Shown: positions 9,837-19,615 of the stretch, piece after piece
How positions within the stretch are numbered: the stretch's first letter is position 1
Layout of the letters: each line of letters starts with the position of its first letter
NCBI GenBank assembly: GCA_017403155.1
Contig: JAFQOP010000014.1
Location: 121,677 to 185,676 of the forward strand
DNA: 64,000 nucleotides
Origin: Clostridia bacterium
Lineage (GTDB): Bacteria; Bacillota; Clostridia; Oscillospirales; CAG-272
Direction of reading: 5' to 3'
The notes under the pieces: model-generated
The model's input: only the letters and a program-made list of their open reading frames with translations
Databases searched by the model: none
What the model was told of the DNA's origin: nothing
Position numbers and translations under genes: made by a program

Positions 9837-10575
9837 AAGAAAAAGCAGAGTCCACTCTAATGACAGAATAGATGAGCAGAGACTTCTTGATGAAAACACC
9901 CCGTTTGCTATAACCGAAGCATTCCGTGCCCTCTATACCAAGGTGCTTTATCTTCCCATCGAGGATAAATGCCGCAAGATCGCTCTCACCAGCGCTTTCT
10001 CCGGAGAGGGTAAGACTTATATTTCTATAAATCTTGCAATCACCTTTGCCAAGAACTCCGAGAAGAAAAGGGTACTTCTTATAGATGCTGACATGCGCAA
10101 GCCACGTGTTGCACGTATACTTTCCAAGTACTGTACAGAGGCAGCCGAGGCAGGCGGTCTTTCAGAATATCTTGCAGGTATCAACGACGAGCCCAATATT
10201 GTTGCTACCGATATACCCAATTTTTCGATACTCTTCTCGGGCAAGGAGAGCGCAAATCCCATCGGTCTGATAAATTCTAAGCGCATGAATGAGCTTCTCT
10301 CAAAGTGTGCTGAGCAATTTGACTATATTATATTTGATACTCCTCCTGTAACCGTTGTATCGGATTCAATTCTGTTTGCCGATAAGATAAACGGATATAT
10401 TATGGCAGCAAGAGCAGATTACTCTGATATCAATTCTCTCTCCGATGCGGTTGATGCCATCAGAAACGTTGGCGGAGAGGTTCTCGGTGTCGTTCTTTCT
10501 GCAGTAAATCCCAAAAAATCCCGCGGAGCATATTCTTATAAGGCATACAGTAATAACGGTTATTATTCTAATTGA
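9829..10575 (+). CDS. CpsD/CapB/YwqD-type bacterial tyrosine kinase (BY-kinase)
   Basis: Walker A SGEGKT, Walker A' LLIDADMRKP, Walker B IIFDTPP. C-terminal Tyr cluster YSYKAYSNNGYYSN. Confidence 0.85.
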   Translation: MFKRKSRVHSNDRIDEQRLLDENTPFAITEAFRALYTKVLYLPIEDKCRKIALTSAFSGEGKTYISINLAITFAKNSEKKRVLLIDADMRKPRVARILSKYCTEAAEAGGLSEYLAGINDEPNIVATDIPNFSILFSGKESANPIGLINSKRMNELLSKCAEQFDYIIFDTPPVTVVSDSILFADKINGYIMAARADYSDINSLSDAVDAIRNVGGEVLGVVLSAVNPKKSRGAYSYKAYSNNGYYSN

Positions 10576-10591
10576 TCAGCCGAGGTGCAGT

Positions 10592-11278
10592 ATGAGTGAG
10601 ATAAGACGGGATGTTGTTGATTTTCATTCGCATATTCTACCTTTGGCAGACCATGGCTCCGATTCCGTAGAAACGTCGCTGTTTCAGCTTTCAGAGGCTT
10701 CCTTGCATGCTGTAAGCCGTATAGTTGCTACCCCTCATTTCTATCCCCATAGGCACACTCTCGAAAAATTTTTGTCTCGCAGAGAAAGGGCATATAGTAT
10801 GCTTGCCACGGAGCTTTCGAGCGATGTGCCAGAGATAAGACTCGGTGCCGAGGTCCTCGTTTGCGAGGGTCTTGAGAATTTTGAAGGACTCGAGAGTTTA
10901 TGCATAGAGGGGACTCGCACGCTCCTGCTTGAGCTTCCTTTTTCCGAGTTTCGCGAGGCTTATTCCGACACGGTAAAGAAGATAATCGGGTTAGGGTATG
11001 ATGTATTGCTTGCCCACGTTGACAGATATCCCGCGCGGGATATCGAAAAGCTCATTGACGTTGGCGTCAAGCATCTGCAAATCAATGCTGAATCGATTGA
11101 TAAGCTTTTTAAACCCAAGCATATTTTGAAGTGGGTCAGGGAAGGACTTGTCGTTGCACTCGGCAGTGATATTCACGGCAGGGATAAGAAGGCATACCGA
11201 CATTTTGAACGCGCCCGACAGATAATATCGGAGTCTGTCGATAGCTTTATAAATTACTCTAATGAAATATGGATATAA
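10592..11278 (+). CDS. CpsB/CapC/YwqE-type PHP-family protein-tyrosine phosphatase
   Basis: N-terminal DFHSHILPLADHGSDS plus later His/Asp motifs (ATPHF, LAHVDRY, GSDIHG) typical of PHP tyrosine phosphatases. Confidence 0.8.
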   Translation: MSEIRRDVVDFHSHILPLADHGSDSVETSLFQLSEASLHAVSRIVATPHFYPHRHTLEKFLSRRERAYSMLATELSSDVPEIRLGAEVLVCEGLENFEGLESLCIEGTRTLLLELPFSEFREAYSDTVKKIIGLGYDVLLAHVDRYPARDIEKLIDVGVKHLQINAESIDKLFKPKHILKWVREGLVVALGSDIHGRDKKAYRHFERARQIISESVDSFINYSNEIWI

Positions 11279-11310
11279 AAAGGGTGTATTTTGCACCCTT
11301 TTTCTTTTTT
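11277..11310 (+). terminator. Intrinsic terminator after phosphatase gene
   Basis: AAAAAGGGTG / CACCCTTTTT stem followed by a long T-run. Confidence 0.7.
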
Positions 11311-11415
11311 GTTGCTATAACGGCAGAGAAAAGCATTGCTTAAATAAAGTATAAATCTCCACGTTTTGCAGACACTAACAGTACAAATCTGTAAAATAAG
11401 GAGATTTTTATATAT

Positions 11416-11967
11416 ATGAAGGCTACGGGAATAGTCAGAAGAATCGACGACCTCGGTCGCGTTGTTATCCCCAAGGAAATACGCCGCACAATGCGCATTC
11501 GTGAGGGCGACCCCTTGGAGATTTATACAGACAGAGATGGAGAGGTGATATTTAAGAAATACTCTCCTATCGGAGAAATGCACGCCTTTGCGACGGAATA
11601 TGCCGAAACGCTTCAGAAGACAACGGGAATGCCGATATTTATCTGCGACAGAGATGCGATAATAGCCGTATCAGGTGCCTCAAAAAGAGAGTATATAGAC
11701 AGAAAGATATCCCGTTCTCTCGAGGAGATTATAGACTCTCGCTCTCTTTATCAGCGCGACAGCGGCAAGGAGACAATAGCGCTCACCGACGACGGCGGAC
11801 ATTATGTCAGCTGTGCTATGCCGATTATTGCGGAGGGGGATATTACAGGAGCAGTTATATCCGCTTGGCAATATGACGCGCCCGTGCAGGACAAGGTTTC
11901 CGATGCAGTCGAGTCAAAGCTGATTCAGACGGCGGGGCTGTTCTTGGGTAAGCAGATGGAGAGCTGA
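11416..11967 (+). CDS. spoVT: Stage V sporulation protein T (AbrB-family regulator)
   Basis: MKATGIVRRIDDLGRVVIPKEIRRTMRIREGDPLEIY SpoVT/AbrB swapped-hairpin domain plus a GAF-like C-terminal domain. 183 aa. Confidence 0.9.
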   Translation: MKATGIVRRIDDLGRVVIPKEIRRTMRIREGDPLEIYTDRDGEVIFKKYSPIGEMHAFATEYAETLQKTTGMPIFICDRDAIIAVSGASKREYIDRKISRSLEEIIDSRSLYQRDSGKETIALTDDGGHYVSCAMPIIAEGDITGAVISAWQYDAPVQDKVSDAVESKLIQTAGLFLGKQMES

Positions 11968-11998
11968 AAAAGCGGTTGGCAAAATGCCAACCGCTTTT
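11967..11998. terminator. Bidirectional terminator between spoVT and convergent DUF3048-like gene
   Basis: AAAAGCGGTTGGC / GCCAACCGCTTTT perfect 13-bp stem flanked by A- and T-runs. Confidence 0.75.
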
Positions 11999-13142
11999 AG
12001 CTTTGTACCAAAATCGACGAGGTGATCGAGGCTTTATAATAAGTAATGTATGAGTTGCCGGGGTTTACCTCAAGCACCTCTCCGGAAAGCGAACGAAACA
12101 CAAGCTCACCGCTTTCGGCAGACCACGTAAACTCTACCTGCCTGCCCGAGGATATATAATATCCCTTTCCACCGGAGGAGGTGTCGAATACCGTTTCCCG
12201 GGAGCTTGAGGACTCATAGGTGGTTGAGTTGGCAAAAAGAACGAATACGTTAGTAAAGGACACGCTCTGTCCTGTTAGCATATCCACCTTTTCCTCTCCA
12301 TTCTTGTGGTATGTGTATTTTTGGGTCGTCTCGTTATATACAAGCGACGTAATATTCGTATCGGAGTAGGGAACAGTTATTCTGTTTGCGCCACCTATCC
12401 CATGATTTTCTTCGCCCTCAGAAAATATATAAGGTGCGCTTTTGTATCCGTGCGTATCAAGCGCCAGTTGAGTTCTGTTGAAGGCTATGTTGATAAGATT
12501 CTCGTTTGTAAAAATGCACCTGCCGTCCTCAACATAGTAGCAATCGGCATGCTTGGATATATCAAGCACCGCAGAAATATCCTCATCTACTGAATAAACT
12601 ACACTGTCGTCACATCCATTTGCAACGAGCACGCCGCCCCAATATGCTGTTATGGAGCTAATATAATCTCTTGTAGGTGCTATTGCGCCTATTTTCCATA
12701 TAGTATCAACAGATGAAGAAAAAAACAGCATTCGGGTCGTACCGTCCTCAATAGGAAATTCTATTGCTATATCTGCGTAAGAAAGTCCGTATGATAATGA
12801 TGAGGGGTCGATAACTGTACCGAATGCATTTGAAGTCTTTTCTTCTTCTGTTATATCAAGTCCTGTCAGTGTGTGCTTGAATGTGGGAACAACAGGTGGT
12901 TCTTCGTCCTTTGGAGCTGTGTTTTCGGGCGGCTCCTCGTCTGCATTGCCGCTATCTTGTGGGGGTGGGGTGTTGTTGTTTTGCGATTCGTTCGTTGCTC
13001 CGAGGGACGAATCAGGTTGGTTTGTATGGTTTCCATCTGGCTCGTTTCCGCTTGCTGCGAAAATAACGACAGACACCACCGTCGCTGCAATAAGTAAAAA
13101 GGCGATAAATTTATTTACACCTTTTTTTCTTTTCTCTTCCAT
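11997..13142 (-). CDS. Membrane-anchored DUF3048 (YerB-like) protein
   Basis: N-terminal TM, a Pro/Glu/Asn-rich linker, then a domain with ADIAIEFPIEDGTTRMLFF resembling DUF3048 proteins. The family assignment is from memory. Confidence 0.6.
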   Translation of the reverse strand: MEEKRKKGVNKFIAFLLIAATVVSVVIFAASGNEPDGNHTNQPDSSLGATNESQNNNTPPPQDSGNADEEPPENTAPKDEEPPVVPTFKHTLTGLDITEEEKTSNAFGTVIDPSSLSYGLSYADIAIEFPIEDGTTRMLFFSSSVDTIWKIGAIAPTRDYISSITAYWGGVLVANGCDDSVVYSVDEDISAVLDISKHADCYYVEDGRCIFTNENLINIAFNRTQLALDTHGYKSAPYIFSEGEENHGIGGANRITVPYSDTNITSLVYNETTQKYTYHKNGEEKVDMLTGQSVSFTNVFVLFANSTTYESSSSRETVFDTSSGGKGYYISSGRQVEFTWSAESGELVFRSLSGEVLEVNPGNSYITYYKASITSSILVQS

Positions 13143-13197
13143 ATTAAATTTTTTACCTCCTTACGCGAGCACGCGGCTCTGCGTACGTTTTTAGTGC

Positions 13198-13479
13198 TTA
13201 TACGCGGCGCTCAAGCCACGCGTCAGCGGTTTCAAGCGCGTCGGTAAGACTCGTTGACATTATGTTCTTTTCGGGCATTATTGAGCCCTTGGGAATGAGC
13301 TGTACGACGATCTTGTCGGGAACGGACGTTCCTTTTACTTCTTTCTCGCTCATTATGATCATGTGAACGTGATACTTTGCTGACAAATCGCCGTAGTAAA
13401 GATCATGCTCATGACGAACGAGCGGTCTACCCTTGTATTCAAGGAATTCTTCAGTTGTTACGCCATCAAGGTTTAACAT
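13198..13479 (-). CDS. Small hypothetical protein (93 aa)
   Basis: The ORF has AAAGGAG 8 nt upstream of the ATG at 13479 (MLNLDGVTTEEF...). No motif recognised. The longer 116-aa version in the ORF track lacks an SD. Confidence 0.55.
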   Translation of the reverse strand: MLNLDGVTTEEFLEYKGRPLVRHEHDLYYGDLSAKYHVHMIIMSEKEVKGTSVPDKIVVQLIPKGSIMPEKNIMSTSLTDALETADAWLERRV

Positions 13480-13611
13480 ATCAAATACTCCTTTCGCATT
13501 AGTTTGAAAACGACGGCAGGCTTGTCCGTTTTGTATAAAGAATATCACAAAGGTTGCCTTATGTAAATAGCTTCGACTTTATTCGTGACTGTTTACTTAA
13601 CGCACAATTCT

Positions 13612-14820
13612 CTATACTTTTACAAAAGGCGAGCTTTTGTAAGCGTAGGACGGTGGGGCAGGCTCAGGCTTTGCCAGCTGATACACCTCGTCGGCCTTGT
13701 CGCAGAGCAGCTTTTGCCTTACGACAGCATCCTTAGCGGGTATATCACTCGGCTTGGTTATGAGTGTAATCTTGCCCGTTTTCTTGATTTTTTTGAGTAG
13801 CTCCTGACCGATTATATCCATTGCAAGGACTTGCGTATATTCGGGCTCCGGTCTTACGTCGGAGGAGGTAACGCCGAAATAAGAATACCAGATAGCTCGC
13901 TTTATCCTTGCTTTTGTATATTTCTTTGTTGCACAAAGTTCTATCAGAGAGGGTATGCTTGTTGCCTCGCGCGATTTTGAAACGAGACGGTTATATAAAC
14001 CACCCGCAGCATCGTGGATATCCACATCCGCCTTGGGAGAGCTTAAACGAAATGATGAAATGACAGCTGCATCCAGCTTATCCTGCACCGTGGGCAGCAG
14101 CCTTTTGTTATATGAATCTAAATATACATCAAAAGCAGCTTTTGGAACATATTCCTCGGCAGAATGTATATCTTCGAGTATCAATTTGCGTATTGCGGTA
14201 GCGCTTTGACGGTCAGATGAAACCACGTTTTCTTCGTTGTATCCGCCTCCGTCGCGTAAAATTGTATGAATATCAATCCTGCTGTTTCTGTTCAGAATAG
14301 CCTTGATATATTCAAGAGCCAGAATGTTGTTGGAGCTTGATTCGGGGGCGCGACAGCCAAAGACGTGCTCGTATGCCATAGCGCATATTTTTGCATATCC
14401 TAGCGCAGCAAGCGAGCTGTTGCTCTGCAATCTGTCGAGCTCTTTTTTATATTCATCGGTGAGCATATTTTTTGCCGCCTCGGATAAGAGTGCCGCGTTA
14501 CCGCACTCACTGCCAAATGATATAACGTCAACAACTCCCAGCTTGTCCAGGATTGCAACCGCCGCCGAGGCAAAAAACTCTGCACTTGATGCCGAGTAGG
14601 GGAAGGGGAGCTCAAGCACAAGATTGACTCCCGAGAGCACAGCTGCCTTTGCTCTTTGCCATTTATCAAGTATCGCGAGCTCGGCTCTTTCGGTGTAGTT
14701 GCCGCTCATTACGGCGATAATAGCGCAGTCCTCTCCAAATCTCTCCCGTATTTTCTCTATCTGATAGGCATGACCGTTGTGAAACAAATTATATTCTGCT
14801 ACTATGCCAACAGTCATCAT
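13612..14820 (-). CDS. tmcAL: tRNA(Met) cytidine acetate ligase (YlbM/UPF0348 nucleotidyltransferase)
   Basis: N-terminus VGIVAEYNLFHNGHAYQIEKIRE (HxGH nucleotidyltransferase motif). About 400 aa, typical of TmcAL. Confidence 0.8.
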   Translation of the reverse strand: MMTVGIVAEYNLFHNGHAYQIEKIRERFGEDCAIIAVMSGNYTERAELAILDKWQRAKAAVLSGVNLVLELPFPYSASSAEFFASAAVAILDKLGVVDVISFGSECGNAALLSEAAKNMLTDEYKKELDRLQSNSSLAALGYAKICAMAYEHVFGCRAPESSSNNILALEYIKAILNRNSRIDIHTILRDGGGYNEENVVSSDRQSATAIRKLILEDIHSAEEYVPKAAFDVYLDSYNKRLLPTVQDKLDAAVISSFRLSSPKADVDIHDAAGGLYNRLVSKSREATSIPSLIELCATKKYTKARIKRAIWYSYFGVTSSDVRPEPEYTQVLAMDIIGQELLKKIKKTGKITLITKPSDIPAKDAVVRQKLLCDKADEVYQLAKPEPAPPSYAYKSSPFVKV

Positions 14821-14856
14821 ATATCAAATATCCTCTCTAAAAATTTATTATATTAC

Positions 14857-14885
14857 TTGAATATTTTGCAAAATAGGTGTATAAT
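14857..14885 (+). promoter_or_regulatory. Sigma-A type promoter upstream of ackA
   Basis: TTGAAT (14857-14862), 17 nt spacer, TATAAT (14880-14885). Confidence 0.5.
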
Positions 14886-14915
14886 GGATGCATCACTAAA
14901 ATATAGGAGAAGATT

Positions 14916-16121
14916 ATGAAGGTACTTGTTGTAAATGCGGGCTCCAGCTCACTTAAATATCAGCTTTTCGATACCGCAACAAACGAAGTTCTTGCAAAGG
15001 GTAACTGCGAGAGAATAGGCATTGGCGGCTCGCGCATTATCCATAAAACCGCAGGAAAGGATGAGTTCATCAAGGAAACAGAGCTTGCCGATCACTCTGC
15101 GGCAACGAAGCTCGTCGTTGACACTCTTCTTGACAAGACGGTTGGATGCATTGCATCCGTTGACGAAATCGAGGCAATAGGACATCGCGTTGTGCACGGT
15201 GGACCCTATTTCTCAAAGAGCATGCTTGCTACCGATGAGGTAATGGCAACTCTCGAAAAGTGCACGGCATATGCACCTCTGCATACTCCTGCCAGCGTTA
15301 TGGGAATTAAGGGCTGCATCTCTGTAATGCCCGATAAGCCCCAGGTTCTTGTATTCGATACTGCCTTTCATCAGACAATGGAGAAAGAAGTATATATGTA
15401 CGGTATTTCCTACGATATGTATGAGGAATACGGTATTCGTCGTTACGGTGCACACGGCACCTCTCACAGATACGTTGCCGCAGAGATGATTAAGCTGCTC
15501 GGTGGCAAGGCAGAGGGAACAAAGATTGTGACCTGCCATATCGGTAACGGCTCGTCTATCACCGCTGTTAAGGACGGTAAGTGTGTCGATACGTCTATGG
15601 GCTTTACTCCCCTCGACGGTATCATGATGGGCACCCGTTGCGGAGCAATCGACCCCGCTATCGTTCCCTTCATCATGGAGAAGAAGGGCATGACTGCTGC
15701 TGAGGTTGAGAGCTATCTGAACAAGAAGTGTGGCTTCGACGGCATAAGCGGCGTCGGCTCCGACTCCCGTGACGTTGCTCGCGCAATGGACGAGGGCAAC
15801 GAGCGCGCTAAGCTCGCATTCGATATGCTTTGCTATCAGATAAAGAAGTTTATCGGCGCTTATTCCGCATCTATGGGCGGTGTTGATGCTATCGTATTCA
15901 CCGCAGGAATCGGTGAGCACGTTCCTTACATCAGAGAAAACGCACTTTCGGGTCTTGAATATCTCGGTGTCAAGCTCGACAAGGAGAGAAACACCTTCGG
16001 TCATTCCTCAACTCCCGTAAAGCTCTCTGCGGACGACTCCATGGTTGCCGTGTATATGATACCCACCAACGAGGAGCTCGTTATTGCACAGGATACTGAG
16101 GCAATCGTCAGCGCACTTTAA
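14916..16121 (+). CDS. ackA: Acetate kinase
   Basis: MKVLVVNAGSSSLKYQLF, HRVVHGG, GAHGTSH, TCHIGNGSS, EELVIA motifs. Confidence 0.95.
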   Translation: MKVLVVNAGSSSLKYQLFDTATNEVLAKGNCERIGIGGSRIIHKTAGKDEFIKETELADHSAATKLVVDTLLDKTVGCIASVDEIEAIGHRVVHGGPYFSKSMLATDEVMATLEKCTAYAPLHTPASVMGIKGCISVMPDKPQVLVFDTAFHQTMEKEVYMYGISYDMYEEYGIRRYGAHGTSHRYVAAEMIKLLGGKAEGTKIVTCHIGNGSSITAVKDGKCVDTSMGFTPLDGIMMGTRCGAIDPAIVPFIMEKKGMTAAEVESYLNKKCGFDGISGVGSDSRDVARAMDEGNERAKLAFDMLCYQIKKFIGAYSASMGGVDAIVFTAGIGEHVPYIRENALSGLEYLGVKLDKERNTFGHSSTPVKLSADDSMVAVYMIPTNEELVIAQDTEAIVSAL

Positions 16122-16133
16122 TTATTCACCATT

Positions 16134-16162
16134 GCCCACGGCAAATGCCGTGGGCTTTATTT
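16134..16162 (+). terminator. Intrinsic terminator after ackA
   Basis: GCCCACGGCA / TGCCGTGGGC stem followed by TTTATTTATT. Confidence 0.7.
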
Positions 16163-16225
16163 ATTATACAACGAATCTTGTCGAATGTCAAGAAACGTAA
16201 TATAAATATAAAAATTAATATAGAA

Positions 16226-17305
16226 TTATTTGCTCAGCATATCTGATATATCATCTATCAGTTTATTTATATACTCCGATTGCTCATCAAAGCTCATCGA
16301 GGAGGTGTATATTTTCTCAAGCTCAAAGTGTGCGTCGGACGCCTTTTTGAATTCATCCGCTGCAGCCCAGAGCATCACCTCGCGCTCATGGGTTAAGAAC
16401 TCCAGCCTGCTGCGCTCACTGGAGAGCCCCTTGCTATCAAGTAGCCTTGAGGTGTCTATCACCTCACAATTGTCGTATGGCGGTAGGAGTGCAACAAGAG
16501 CAGTGCTTTGACCGTGGATTTCTATTGCCTCGGTTTTTGTATCATCGAATACGGACGGAAAACGGATGCAGCCCGCACCCTGCCTTGCAAGGCCTTCTGC
16601 AACAGTTGATAAAAACATAAGCTCACTGCCGTATAAGCCAACGCAGTACACCCTTTTTGTTTGCTCTGCAAAGCTCTCAAGCCTTGTAAGTCCGCCCTTG
16701 CCAAAGGCGCTCATAAGCCGTGTGGCTGCTATTTCGTTTTCTTTTTTTATCGGGATATACTTCTCTGCAAGAGGAGAGCAATCTCCCAACAGTCCGCGGA
16801 CTATTTCGTCCCTTACAGCGGTTATCCTGCCCGCAACAGAAAGATAGGAGTATGCAAGCCTATATGCATCCTTTTTCCTTTCGGATAATTCAAGAGCCTC
16901 GTCTCTTTTGCTTTTTAATATATTTATATCCCAGAAGTCACCGAGATTTATAATTTGCTCACATCCGCCGGGCAGGGAAGGATCGACGGCGTGCGGAGAC
17001 GTGCCGTCGAGTACGGCGATTTTTATCTTTCCTTTCTCCAATATTATACCGTCCAGTGATGATGGGTCAGAGGAGCAAAATATTGTCTCCGTTCTTTCGC
17101 ACTCCTCGCTGAGCGTGCTCACTACACGTTTCATGAGCGAGCTTTTTCCCGTGCCGGGACCACCCTTCAGTATATAGATGTGCGAAAATTGCTTTGGATT
17201 AAAAACAGTGTTAAAATAACTCCTGAAGCCGTTATATCCGTTTGCGGCAGCAAAATAGCTTCGGTTCTTGTCGTTTTGTGATAGCATAATCGGTAAATCC
17301 TCCAT
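16226..17305 (-). CDS. P-loop NTPase of unknown function (PRK06851-like)
   Basis: Walker A GGPGTGKS and Walker-B-like KIAVLDGTSPHAVDP. 359 aa. The family name is from memory. Confidence 0.6.
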   Translation of the reverse strand: MEDLPIMLSQNDKNRSYFAAANGYNGFRSYFNTVFNPKQFSHIYILKGGPGTGKSSLMKRVVSTLSEECERTETIFCSSDPSSLDGIILEKGKIKIAVLDGTSPHAVDPSLPGGCEQIINLGDFWDINILKSKRDEALELSERKKDAYRLAYSYLSVAGRITAVRDEIVRGLLGDCSPLAEKYIPIKKENEIAATRLMSAFGKGGLTRLESFAEQTKRVYCVGLYGSELMFLSTVAEGLARQGAGCIRFPSVFDDTKTEAIEIHGQSTALVALLPPYDNCEVIDTSRLLDSKGLSSERSRLEFLTHEREVMLWAAADEFKKASDAHFELEKIYTSSMSFDEQSEYINKLIDDISDMLSK

Positions 17306-17354
17306 TTTCTTTATTTACAGTATATTATTTTGCCTTACTTTTGCTTACATTCGC

Positions 17355-17384
17355 TTGACTTTCGCATACTAAATATTGTATAAT
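17355..17384 (+). promoter_or_regulatory. Sigma-A promoter with extended -10 upstream of coaE
   Basis: TTGACT (17355-17360), 18 nt spacer, TGtTATAAT (-10 at 17379-17384). Confidence 0.5.
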
Positions 17385-17427
17385 ATCTATGTATGTAGAA
17401 ATATATGTAGATTTTGGAGGTGTTATT

Positions 17428-18027
17428 TTGGTAGTTATCGGACTTTGCGGCGGTAGCGGAAGCGGCAAAACCACGGTAAGTGCGCTCTTTGCCAAGCGAC
17501 ACTTTCATATAATAAATGCTGACGAAATCTATCACAATATTACCTCGTATCCCTCGGCGTGTCTGGCTGAGCTTTCTTGCGAGTTCGGCAGGGAGATACT
17601 TACCGACACCGGTGCTTTGAACCGCGCGGCTTTGCGTAAGATTGTATTTGCCGACAGGGAGCGACTCTCTCGGCTGAACAGTATCACGCACAGACACGTA
17701 TTAGACGCCGTGAGGAAAGAAATTAGCGAGAATACAGAAGCTGTACAAGGCTTTGTTGTCGATGCGCCACTTCTTTTTGAATCGGGCTTTGACAAAGAAT
17801 GCACCGCAACGGTTGCCGTAGTGGCAGACAAGGAAACTCGCATTGCAAGAATTATCGGGCGCGACGGAATATCCTATGCTGATGCGGAGCGCAGAATTTC
17901 CAATCAGCTTTCCGACAGCGCTTTGTCACAAAGATGCGACTACGTTATTGTAAACAACTCGACGGTAGAATCGCTTGAGGCTTGCATTGATAAAATTATA
18001 AACGAAATAAATAATAAAAATACGTGA
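17428..18027 (+). CDS. coaE: Dephospho-CoA kinase
   Basis: VIGLCGGSGSGKTT P-loop at the N-terminus. GGAGG lies upstream of TTG 17428. About 200 aa. Confidence 0.85.
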   Translation: MVVIGLCGGSGSGKTTVSALFAKRHFHIINADEIYHNITSYPSACLAELSCEFGREILTDTGALNRAALRKIVFADRERLSRLNSITHRHVLDAVRKEISENTEAVQGFVVDAPLLFESGFDKECTATVAVVADKETRIARIIGRDGISYADAERRISNQLSDSALSQRCDYVIVNNSTVESLEACIDKIINEINNKNT

Positions 18028-18037
18028 GGATAAAATT

Positions 18038-19435
18038 ATGACAGAAAAAACAAACGGACAGAAGATGCTTGAGACACTCTCATACTCAAAGAAGAATATC
18101 TATGAGGAGGCATCTGTTGAAAAGATTAAGGCTATCTCCGACTATTCGGAGGGCTACAAGAGCTATCTCGACAGCTCCAAGACCGAGCGTGAGGCAACCG
18201 AGACCTCTATTGCAATGCTTGAGAAGGCGGGCTACACCGAGTACAAGCTCGGTCAGAGCATTGCCGTAGGAGACAAGAAATATCTCAATCAGCACGGCAA
18301 GTGCCTTATCGCCTTCAGAATCGGAACCGATGACATAGAGCGCGAGGGTATCAGAATCCTTGCAGCGCACATCGACTCCCCCAGAATAGACCTTAAGCAG
18401 ATTCCTATGTATGAGGAGGCAGGTATGTGCTTCCTTAAAACGCATTACTACGGCGGTGTGAAAAAGTATCAGTGGACAGCAATTCCGCTTGCACTTCACG
18501 GTGTTGTCGTAAAGGCAGACGGCGAGGTTGTAAAAATCTCGGTCGGAGAAGGAGAGAACGATCCTATATTCTACATCAACGACCTTCTTCCTCACCTTGG
18601 TGCAAAGCAGTCGCAGGAGCCCCTTGGCACTGCAATCAAGGGTGAGAACTTAAATATTCTCATTGGCGGACTTCCTTACGACGATGACGACGTGTCTGAC
18701 AAGATTAAGCTCACCGCTCTCTCGATTCTCAACGATAGCTACGGAATCACCGAGGAGGACTTCATCAGTGCCGAGCTCTCTCTTGTTCCCGCATTCAAGG
18801 CGCGCGATATAGGCTTCGACAGAGCTCTTCTCGCGGCATACGGTCACGATGACAAGGTTTGCTCCTATCCTGCACTCACTGCACTTACAGATACCGAAAC
18901 TAAAAAGTCGGTTATGGTTGTGCTTGCAGACAAGGAGGAGATAGGCTCTGTAGGTCTTACGGGCATGCAGTCGGACATCCTCGTTGACGTTATAAACGAA
19001 ATCTGCCGTAACCTCGGCAAGAACAGTGCTGTTGTTCGCTCCGCATCCAAATGCCTCAGTGCCGATGTAACAGCGGCTTATGACCCCAACTTTGCCGACG
19101 TATATGAGAAGAGAAACAGCGCTATCGTCTCCTGCGGCACGACTATGAGCAAGTATACCGGTGCAAGAGGAAAGTCCTCAACCAACGATGCATCCGCAGA
19201 GTTTGTTGGCTTTATCAGACGTCTGTTTGCAGAAAACGGTGTTATCTGGCAGACAGCCGAGCTCGGCAAGGTTGATGCGGGCGGCGGCGGAACTGTTGCA
19301 ATGTATATTGCCAACCACAATATCGAGACCGTTGACCTCGGTGTTCCCGTGCTTTCCATGCACGCACCCTATGAGGTAGTTTCCAAGGCAGACGTTTACT
19401 CCACCTACGAGGCATTTGTTGCATTTATAAAATAG
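18038..19435 (+). CDS. M18-family aminopeptidase
   Basis: 465 aa. AAHIDSPRIDLK, HDDKVCSY, ADKEEIGS, SMHAPYE motifs typical of M18 (aspartyl/aminopeptidase 1) enzymes. Confidence 0.8.
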   Translation: MTEKTNGQKMLETLSYSKKNIYEEASVEKIKAISDYSEGYKSYLDSSKTEREATETSIAMLEKAGYTEYKLGQSIAVGDKKYLNQHGKCLIAFRIGTDDIEREGIRILAAHIDSPRIDLKQIPMYEEAGMCFLKTHYYGGVKKYQWTAIPLALHGVVVKADGEVVKISVGEGENDPIFYINDLLPHLGAKQSQEPLGTAIKGENLNILIGGLPYDDDDVSDKIKLTALSILNDSYGITEEDFISAELSLVPAFKARDIGFDRALLAAYGHDDKVCSYPALTALTDTETKKSVMVVLADKEEIGSVGLTGMQSDILVDVINEICRNLGKNSAVVRSASKCLSADVTAAYDPNFADVYEKRNSAIVSCGTTMSKYTGARGKSSTNDASAEFVGFIRRLFAENGVIWQTAELGKVDAGGGGTVAMYIANHNIETVDLGVPVLSMHAPYEVVSKADVYSTYEAFVAFIK

Positions 19436-19519
19436 TAAATAACCTCTTTCCGCAAGCTACACTTTAAGGAGGTAGTGTGAATTATTACAATGTGATGGTC
19501 GAGCCTTTGGTTAATTCAC

Positions 19520-19615
19520 GCGCAAATTTTCGCCATTCGGAGCCTTATTCCGAATAGCCGCCAAAGCGGTTCCGAAAATTTATTAAGCATTTGCGCTGTC
19601 GCCTTCGGGTGACAG
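19520..19615 (+). promoter_or_regulatory. Structured leader upstream of prfA (three-way junction plus C(UUCG)G hairpin)
   Basis: P1 AAATTTTCG (19524-32) / CGAAAATTT (19573-81). P2 ATTCGGA / TCCGAAT. P3 GCCGC / GCGGT. Then an 8-bp stem with a UUCG loop at 19596-19615, ending 2 nt before SD GGAGG. Confidence 0.3.

Noticed and set aside
12871-13194. Cluster of overlapping short plus-strand ORFs (61-107 aa)
   Set aside because: They lie opposite the low-complexity Pro/Glu/Asn-rich linker of the DUF3048-like gene. They are repetitive-composition artefacts.
19524-19581. Three-way-junction element upstream of prfA as a tRNA or tRNA-like gene
   Set aside because: It is only 58 nt long, has three rather than four arms, has no T-loop (GTTCRA) or D-loop signatures, and has no plausible anticodon arm.
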